Source: Gaiella sp. (lineage in GTDB: Bacteria; Actinomycetota; Thermoleophilia; Gaiellales; Gaiellaceae). Taken from it: a DNA stretch of 64,000 bases. The position numbers and the translations under genes are program-made. The notes under the pieces were generated by a model. It saw only the letters and a program-made list of their open reading frames with translations. It was not told where the DNA came from and made no database searches. Within the stretch, counting starts at the first letter, position 1; each line of letters begins with the position of its first letter. The stretch lies in assembly GCA_036265415.1 (NCBI GenBank), contig DATAPC010000085.1, positions 9,449 through 73,448 on the forward strand, read 5' to 3'. This document shows positions 58,513-64,000 of this stretch, one piece after another.

Positions 58513-59877
58513 GTGTCGACCGCGACCCGTCGCTACATCAGCTCGCTCGGGCTCGACGCCTATGTGGTGGGGGGCGCCGTTCGCGACGAGCTGCTCGGCA
58601 TCGAGCACTCGGACGAGGACTTCCTGGTTCCCGGCGTCGACCACCACGGCCTGCGCGAGGCGCTCGCGCCGCACGGCCGCGTGGAGGACATGGAGGTGCA
58701 CGGCCAGCTCGTCGGCGTGCGGTTCTTCCCGCGCGACCGGAGGATCCGCGCGCTCGCTCCCGCCGGCATCGAGATCACCCCGCCGCGCCGCGAGCAGAGC
58801 GTCGGCCCGGGCCATCGAGACTTCGAGATCGTGACCGACTCGTCCGTGTCGATCGCCGACGACATGGCGCGAAGGGACTTCACGGTCAACGCGATGGCAC
58901 GTCGCCTGGCGACGGGCGAGCTGGTGGATCCGTTCGGCGGTCGCGAGCACCTCGAGCGGCGTGAGCTGCACACGGTCAGCCGGGAGAGCTTTCGCGAGGA
59001 CCCGCTGCGCATCCTGCGCGGGCTGCGGCTCCTCTCGCAGCTCTCGTTCTCACTCACGTCCGAGACGCTGGCGCAGATGCGGGCGGACGCGTCGGGGCTT
59101 CGGCATGTCTCGGGCGAGCGGATCGGCGGAGGTGTCGAGGCCGACGGCCTCGGGGAGCTCTCGAAGCTCCTCCTCGGCACACGTCCGGCCGAGGCGCTGC
59201 GGCTCGCGCGCGACACCGGAGCACTCGTCGAGTTCCTGCCCGAGTACGGCGCAGTGATCGGCCACGACCTCGGCTCGGACCGTCAGCCGGGGCCGCTCGA
59301 CGAGCACCTCTTCGATGTGGTCCAGCGAACGGCCGAGCTCGGCGCGGGCCTCGAGGTGCGCCTCTGCGCCCTTCTGCACGACGTCGGCAAGCCGGAGGCC
59401 GACCGCACCGGCTCCGACCACGCGACGCTCGGGGCGCGCATCGCGGGTGCGGTGCTCCGTCGGCTCCGCTACCCGAACGTCGTTCGCGACGAGGTGAAGC
59501 GGCTCGTCGCGAGCCACGCGTTCTGGCTGGACGGGCCGATCGACGGCATCTTCGCGCGTCGCTTCCTCGCCTCGCACGGCGTCGAGCGCGCACGGCGCCT
59601 TCTCGTCCACAAGCGCGCCGACCTGTCGACGAAGCGCGTCGATGCATGGGAGCTCGAGCATCTCGCCGAGCTCGAGCGGCGCGTCGAGGAGGAGCGCGAT
59701 CGCCCCCACCGCCTCTCCGACCTCGCCGTGGACGGCAAGGACCTGATCGACGCCGGCTACCGGGAAGGGCCTCCGCTCGGAGCCGCACTCGCCCGGCTGC
59801 TCGACCTCGTGCTCGACGACCCGGCGGCGAACGAGCGGGAACGACTCCTCGCGGAGGCGACGTCGTGGCTCTCCTGA
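58513..59877 (+). CDS. cca: CCA tRNA nucleotidyltransferase with HD domain
   Basis: VGGAVRD.LLG..DED, RRDFTVNAMA, DPFGG, FREDPLRILR, ERI, LLHDVGKP. Confidence 0.88.
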   Translation: MSTATRRYISSLGLDAYVVGGAVRDELLGIEHSDEDFLVPGVDHHGLREALAPHGRVEDMEVHGQLVGVRFFPRDRRIRALAPAGIEITPPRREQSVGPGHRDFEIVTDSSVSIADDMARRDFTVNAMARRLATGELVDPFGGREHLERRELHTVSRESFREDPLRILRGLRLLSQLSFSLTSETLAQMRADASGLRHVSGERIGGGVEADGLGELSKLLLGTRPAEALRLARDTGALVEFLPEYGAVIGHDLGSDRQPGPLDEHLFDVVQRTAELGAGLEVRLCALLHDVGKPEADRTGSDHATLGARIAGAVLRRLRYPNVVRDEVKRLVASHAFWLDGPIDGIFARRFLASHGVERARRLLVHKRADLSTKRVDAWELEHLAELERRVEEERDRPHRLSDLAVDGKDLIDAGYREGPPLGAALARLLDLVLDDPAANERERLLAEATSWLS

Positions 59878-60464
59878 CCGCCGGCGACGTGCGCGAGCGC
59901 TATCTCCGGGTGTGCGAGGAGGCGGGGCCGGACGTGACGGTCGTCGCCGCGACGAAGTACGTGCCGCTCGACGAGCTCGGCGTTCTCGCGGAGGCGGGGG
60001 TCGCGGTGGTCGGGGAGAACCGCGCCCAGGACCTCGCCGCGAAGCACGCCCGCTACGGAGACGCGTTCCGCTGGCACTTCATCGGCCATCTCCAGTCGAA
60101 CAAGGTGAAGGTGGTCGATCCGCTCTGCGAGCTCGTCCACTCGCTCGACTCCGAATCGGCGGCCCGCAGGCTCACGGTGCCGGCGCTGCTCGAGGTGAAC
60201 CTCTCGGGTGAGGCATCGAAGTCGGGGATCGCGCCGGACGAGATCGGTGGGTGGCTCGAGCGGTTCCCGGGGATCCGCGGGCTGATGACGATGCCGCCTC
60301 TGGCCGACGACCCCGAGGCCTCACGGCCGTGGTTCCGGCGCCTCGCGGAGCTCGCCGCGACGCACGGGCTCGCGGAGCTGTCGATGGGCACGTCGCAGGA
60401 CTGGCGCGTCGCGGTCGAGGAGGGCGCAACGCTGATCCGCGTCGGCTCGACGCTCTTCCGCTGA
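59865..60464 (+). CDS. yggS: PLP homeostasis protein YggS
   Basis: VAATK, GENRAQ, WHFIGHLQSNK, GLMTMPP, LSMGTSQD, IRVGSTLF. Confidence 0.95.
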   Translation: MALLTAGDVRERYLRVCEEAGPDVTVVAATKYVPLDELGVLAEAGVAVVGENRAQDLAAKHARYGDAFRWHFIGHLQSNKVKVVDPLCELVHSLDSESAARRLTVPALLEVNLSGEASKSGIAPDEIGGWLERFPGIRGLMTMPPLADDPEASRPWFRRLAELAATHGLAELSMGTSQDWRVAVEEGATLIRVGSTLFR

Positions 60465-60530
60465 GGACGTCGCCGCCGCCTGCCGCGAGGGGTGTCGCCG
60501 TCGGGAGGACGGGCTACGATCCCGCCTGAC

Positions 60531-61103
60531 ATGGGCCTCGGCGACGTGTGGAACAGGACGCTCGTCTACTTCGGCATCGCCGAGGACGAGGACTGGGACG
60601 AGGACGTGACCACGACGAGCGAGAATCTCGAGCGGGACTACCGCCGCCGCGAGCGCGCGAACGTGCGCCGCCTCCCGCGCCGGCGGGAGGACGAGTGGTC
60701 CGAGCCGGACAGCGTGTCCGAGGCGGACTCCGACGCCGTCGCCGCGCGTTCGTCCTCCTCGTCGACGTCGTCCTCGTCGCGCCGGTCGCGGCTGCGGGGC
60801 GTCGACAGCGCGTCGTCGCAGGTCCGCGTGCACCTCGTGCTGCCGCGCAGCTTCAACGACGCGCAGCAGATCGCCGACCGGTTCAAGGACTCGGTGCCGG
60901 TCATCCTCAACCTGCAGTCCGCGGACACGGAGCTCTCGAAGCGGCTCATCGATTTTGCGAGCGGCCTCACCTATGCGCTCGACGGCAGCATGCAACGCGT
61001 CGCCGACAAGGTCTTCCTCCTGACGCCGAAGAACGTCGAGGTGTCGGCCGAGGAGCGCGCGCGTGCGCTCGACCCTGCGGGCGGCTTCTTCAACCAGGCC
61101 TAG
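60531..61103 (+). CDS. sepF: Cell division protein SepF
   Basis: PRSFNDAQQIADRFK..PVILNL..KRLIDFASGL.YALDGS..VFLLTP.NVEV. Confidence 0.96.
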   Translation: MGLGDVWNRTLVYFGIAEDEDWDEDVTTTSENLERDYRRRERANVRRLPRRREDEWSEPDSVSEADSDAVAARSSSSSTSSSSRRSRLRGVDSASSQVRVHLVLPRSFNDAQQIADRFKDSVPVILNLQSADTELSKRLIDFASGLTYALDGSMQRVADKVFLLTPKNVEVSAEERARALDPAGGFFNQA

Positions 61104-61145
61104 CCACCGCGCAGGAACCGCCCGGGGCGGGGAGAATGCAGGGCC

Positions 61146-61460
61146 GTGGGCGACGCGGGCGTCGGCTCGTTGCTGCTGGCCGACATCGGGACGTCGGTCC
61201 AGCGGTTCGTGTCCGTGTTCGTCGGCGTCTACGTGCTCTTGATCTTCGCGTACATCATCGCCTCGTGGATCCCCGGGGGCGGCTCGCCGACGCTCGAGCG
61301 GATCCGGCAGTTCCTGTACGACGTCTGTGAGCCGTACCTGAGGCTCTTTCGGCGCGTGATCCCGCCGCTCGGCCCGCTCGACCTGTCGCCGATCGCAGCC
61401 GTGTTCGCCCTGTACCTGCTCGGGATGCTCGTGAACGCCCTCATCGATCGTGTTCTCTGA
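61146..61460 (+). CDS. yggT: YggT/YlmG membrane protein
   Basis: SWIP, EPYLRLFRRVIPPLGPLDLSPI. Confidence 0.93.
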   Translation: MGDAGVGSLLLADIGTSVQRFVSVFVGVYVLLIFAYIIASWIPGGGSPTLERIRQFLYDVCEPYLRLFRRVIPPLGPLDLSPIAAVFALYLLGMLVNALIDRVL

Positions 61461-61472
61461 AAGGAGGACGGT

Positions 61473-61973
61473 ATGTCCCTGACACCGGTGGAGGTGCGCC
61501 ACCTCGATCTGCGCCGCGGGCTCTTCGGCTATCGCCGTTCGAGCGTCGAGCGAGCGATCGAGGAGGTCGCCGACAGCTTCGAGGCCGTGTGGCGCGAGCG
61601 CGCGGACCTCGGCGAGCGCGTCCACGTGCTCGAAGGGGAGGTCGCTCGCCATGTCGAGCTCGAGACGCTGCTCCGCTCGACGCTCGTGTCGGCGGAGAGA
61701 GCGGCGCAGGACATGAAGGAGCAGGCGCGGCGCGAGGCCGACGTGATCGTCCAGGAGGCCAACGCGGAGAGCCGCAGGGTGGTACGGGACGCGATCGCCG
61801 AGAAGGAGCAGCTGCTCGCTGAGACGCACCGCATCCGCACGATGATGCGGGCGGCGCTCGAGATCGTCTCCGACCGCGACGGCGCCGAGCCGGAGACCGC
61901 CGCAGAGGACGACGCGGCGACGGTCGGGACCGCGGAGCCCGCGGAGCCGAGGATCGAGCGCCTCGCCGGATAA
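61473..61973 (+). CDS. divIVA: DivIVA domain protein
   Basis: LTPVEVR..RRGLFGY, LRSTLVSAERAA, coiled coil. Confidence 0.9.
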   Translation: MSLTPVEVRHLDLRRGLFGYRRSSVERAIEEVADSFEAVWRERADLGERVHVLEGEVARHVELETLLRSTLVSAERAAQDMKEQARREADVIVQEANAESRRVVRDAIAEKEQLLAETHRIRTMMRAALEIVSDRDGAEPETAAEDDAATVGTAEPAEPRIERLAG

Positions 61974-62014
61974 CCTCCTTCGTCGCCGACCATCTGCGCC
62001 ACTATCCTTCCGGC

Positions 62015-62335
62015 GTGGGCTCGACCGCCTCCGTCCGGAACGACCCGCCGCTCGCGGGCGGCGTCACGAGGCTTCGCGTCCGCGTCGCACCCGGCGCCAG
62101 CCGGTCGGCGGTCGTGGGACGCCTCGGGGACACGTGGAAGGTTCGGGTCACGGCTGCCGCCGAGCGCGGCCGCGCGAATGCCGCCGTCACGCTCCTCCTC
62201 GCCGACGCGCTCGGGCTCCCGCCGCGCCAGGTGCGCGTCGTCGCGGGGCACACGTCGCGCGACAAGGTCGTCGCGGTCGAGGGACTCGCGCTCGAGGAAG
62301 CGGAACGCAGGCTCGCCCGGGACGGAACCGCATGA
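62015..62335 (+). CDS. DUF167 (YggU) family protein
   Basis: RVRVAPGASR..KVRVTAAAERGRANAA..GHTSRDK. Confidence 0.9.
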   Translation: MGSTASVRNDPPLAGGVTRLRVRVAPGASRSAVVGRLGDTWKVRVTAAAERGRANAAVTLLLADALGLPPRQVRVVAGHTSRDKVVAVEGLALEEAERRLARDGTA

Positions 62336-62691
62336 CCAGCGGCACGCACGAGGACCGCAGGGCCGAGCTCGTCGCGATGCGGGCGCGCATCCTCGGCGCA
62401 GCGCACGACATCGTCCAGGACGACAACGACGACAGCGAGCTCTCGAGCGCCGCCGGAGACCAGCACCTGGCCGACCACGCGAGCGAGATGTTCGACCGCG
62501 AGGTCGACGAGTCGCTCGAGGAGAACGCCGAGACGATCGTCCAGGAGATCGATGCGGCGCTGCAGCGCATCGAGGACGGCACTTACGGCACCTGCGTGCG
62601 GTGTGGAAACCCCATTCCGGACGACCGACTGGCGGCCGTGCCCTACGCGGTGCTGTGCGTCTCGTGCAGACGGGAGGAGGAGCGCGCATGA
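62332..62691 (+). CDS. TraR/DksA C4 zinc-finger protein (YteA/YlyA-like)
   Basis: HLADHASE, IDAALQRIEDGTYGTCVRCG.PI..RL.AVP.A.LCVSC. Confidence 0.92.
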   Translation: MTSGTHEDRRAELVAMRARILGAAHDIVQDDNDDSELSSAAGDQHLADHASEMFDREVDESLEENAETIVQEIDAALQRIEDGTYGTCVRCGNPIPDDRLAAVPYAVLCVSCRREEERA

Positions 62692-63284
62692 GCGAGCCCG
62701 CGCGCGCCGAGCCGCCCCGCGCCCCGCTCGAGGTCCGCGTCGGCTCGGCGACGAACGCGCTGCAGCCGATTCCCGGCGCGTCGAGGTCGCTGGCCGCTGG
62801 CAGCGTGCAGTGGCTCGAGCTCGCGCTCGTCGCGGTCGCGGCGGCGTGCGCCGACCAGCTGACGAAGGCGCTCGTCTCCGGGCGCCTCGCGCTCGGCGAC
62901 TCCGTCGACGTGCTGGGGCCCTTCACGATCCATCACGTCCGGAACACGGGCATCGCATTCGGGCTGTTCGCCGACTCGACGTCGGTCGTGATCGTGCTCA
63001 CCGCGGTTGCGATCGGCACGCTGATCGTCTTCTTCGCGCGCTCGGGCCGCCGGCACCCGCTTCTGCCCGTGGCCGTCGGCCTCGTGCTCGGGGGAAGCGC
63101 CTCGAATCTCGTCGACCGGCTGCGGCTCGGCTACGTGACGGATTTCCTCGACCTCGACTACTGGCCCGCGTTCAACCTGGCCGACTCGTTCATCGTGGTC
63201 GGGGTCGGACTGCTGTTCCTGTCCTTCGTGGCGGCCGACCGCTCGAGCGCCGCCGTTGGCACCTCGCCGCTCTCGCGTTCCTGA
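62688..63284 (+). CDS. lspA: Lipoprotein signal peptidase II
   Basis: DQLTK, NTGIAFG, NLVDRL..GYVTDF, FNLADS. Confidence 0.95.
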   Translation: MSEPARAEPPRAPLEVRVGSATNALQPIPGASRSLAAGSVQWLELALVAVAAACADQLTKALVSGRLALGDSVDVLGPFTIHHVRNTGIAFGLFADSTSVVIVLTAVAIGTLIVFFARSGRRHPLLPVAVGLVLGGSASNLVDRLRLGYVTDFLDLDYWPAFNLADSFIVVGVGLLFLSFVAADRSSAAVGTSPLSRS

Positions 63285-64000
63285 GTCGGACGCAGGCAGG
63301 CGGCTCGATGCCGTCGTCGCCGAGGTGCCCGGAGTAGGCACGCGCACGCTCGCCGAGCGGCTCCTGAGCACGGGAGCAGTCCTTGTGGACGGGCGCCCCC
63401 AACCGAAGAGCCACCGGCTTGCGGGAGGGGAGGAGCTGACCGTGGCGCTCCCCGAGCCTCACGAGCTGACGGCGGTCGAGCTGCCGCTCGAGGTCGTCCA
63501 CGAGGACGAGCACCTGCTCGTCGTCGACAAGGCGGCCGGCATCGTCGTACATCCGGCCGGGCCGGACGAGCGACCGACCCTGGCACACGGGCTCCTCGCC
63601 CTCGGTGCGTCCGGCGGTGACCCCGCGCGGCCGGGCATCGTCCATCGGCTCGACCGCGACACGTCCGGCCTGCTCGTCGTCGCCCGGTCAGAGGAGGCGT
63701 ACGGGCGCCTCACGGAGGCGATCCGGAAGCGGGAGGTCGAGCGCCGCTATCTGGCCCTCGTCGTCGGGGAGCCGAGCTCGCGCACCGGACGCATCACGGC
63801 GCCCATCGGCCGCGACAGGCGCGACCGGACGCGCCACTCGCTCGACACGGAGACTCCGCGCGACGCGGTCACCTGGTTCGAGGTGCACGAGCTCCTCGGG
63901 CGGCGAGCGCTCCTCGAGGTGCGGCTCGAGACGGGGCGCACACACCAGATCCGCGTCCATCTGGAGGCGATCGACCTGCCCGTCTCCGGCGACCCGGTGT
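63256..64000 (+). CDS. rluD: RluA-family pseudouridine synthase (3' truncated by window edge)
   Basis: S4-like N-terminus RLDAVVA; VDKAAGIVVHP, RPGIVHRLDRDTSG, LETGRTHQIRVH. Confidence 0.92.
   Translation, partial: MAPRRSRVPESDAGRRLDAVVAEVPGVGTRTLAERLLSTGAVLVDGRPQPKSHRLAGGEELTVALPEPHELTAVELPLEVVHEDEHLLVVDKAAGIVVHPAGPDERPTLAHGLLALGASGGDPARPGIVHRLDRDTSGLLVVARSEEAYGRLTEAIRKREVERRYLALVVGEPSSRTGRITAPIGRDRRDRTRHSLDTETPRDAVTWFEVHELLGRRALLEVRLETGRTHQIRVHLEAIDLPVSGDPV

Noticed and set aside
60745-60790. TCG/TCC low-complexity run
   Set aside because: Encodes the poly-Ser linker of SepF
1-64000. Many long alternative-frame and antisense ORFs (e.g. 4068-6692, 16776-19640, 34616-37267)
   Set aside because: Arg/Ala/Pro-rich shadows of recognisable genes, as expected at this GC content
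1-64000. CRISPR array, rRNA, transposase, integrase or prophage genes
   Set aside because: No repeat-spacer periodicity or diagnostic motifs seen by eye

Overview
High-GC bacterial chromosomal segment. Gene order and proteins (mIHF, actinobacterial-type rpoZ, DasR-like operators, SepF/DivIVA, PyrK-PyrD) suggest a deep-branching actinobacterium, possibly Thermoleophilia/Gaiella-like (inference). Most of it is housekeeping: an amino-sugar/peptidoglycan-recycling cluster (amidase, SIS deaminase, nagA, murQ, ABC transporter, DasR/NagR-like GntR, GH20) with five dre-like operators; ppk2; corA; tRNA-Arg(CCG); a dipeptide epimerase plus DUF1611 pair; an SOS-boxed LysM gene; rnz; a pyr operon with PyrR site; mIHF-gmk-rpoZ-coaBC; MoxR-DUF58-transglutaminase; murA; cca; and yggS-sepF-yggT-divIVA-dksA-like-lspA-rluD. 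I saw no CRISPR array, rRNA, transposase or integrase. The best leads for something undescribed are: (1) a secreted lamin-tail/pilin-like protein coupled to a two-Ig chaperone-like protein with no usher or anchor; (2) a HisB-fold protein lacking its metal-binding motifs, coupled to murA; (3) a HerA/FtsK-like ATPase overlapping a thermonuclease lipoprotein; (4) structured non-coding segments on both sides of rpoZ, one apparently splitting the gmk C-terminus; and (5) a small-protein cluster with an antisense pair of membrane peptides. All protein calls come from motif recognition by eye. No database searches were run, and start codons are best estimates.
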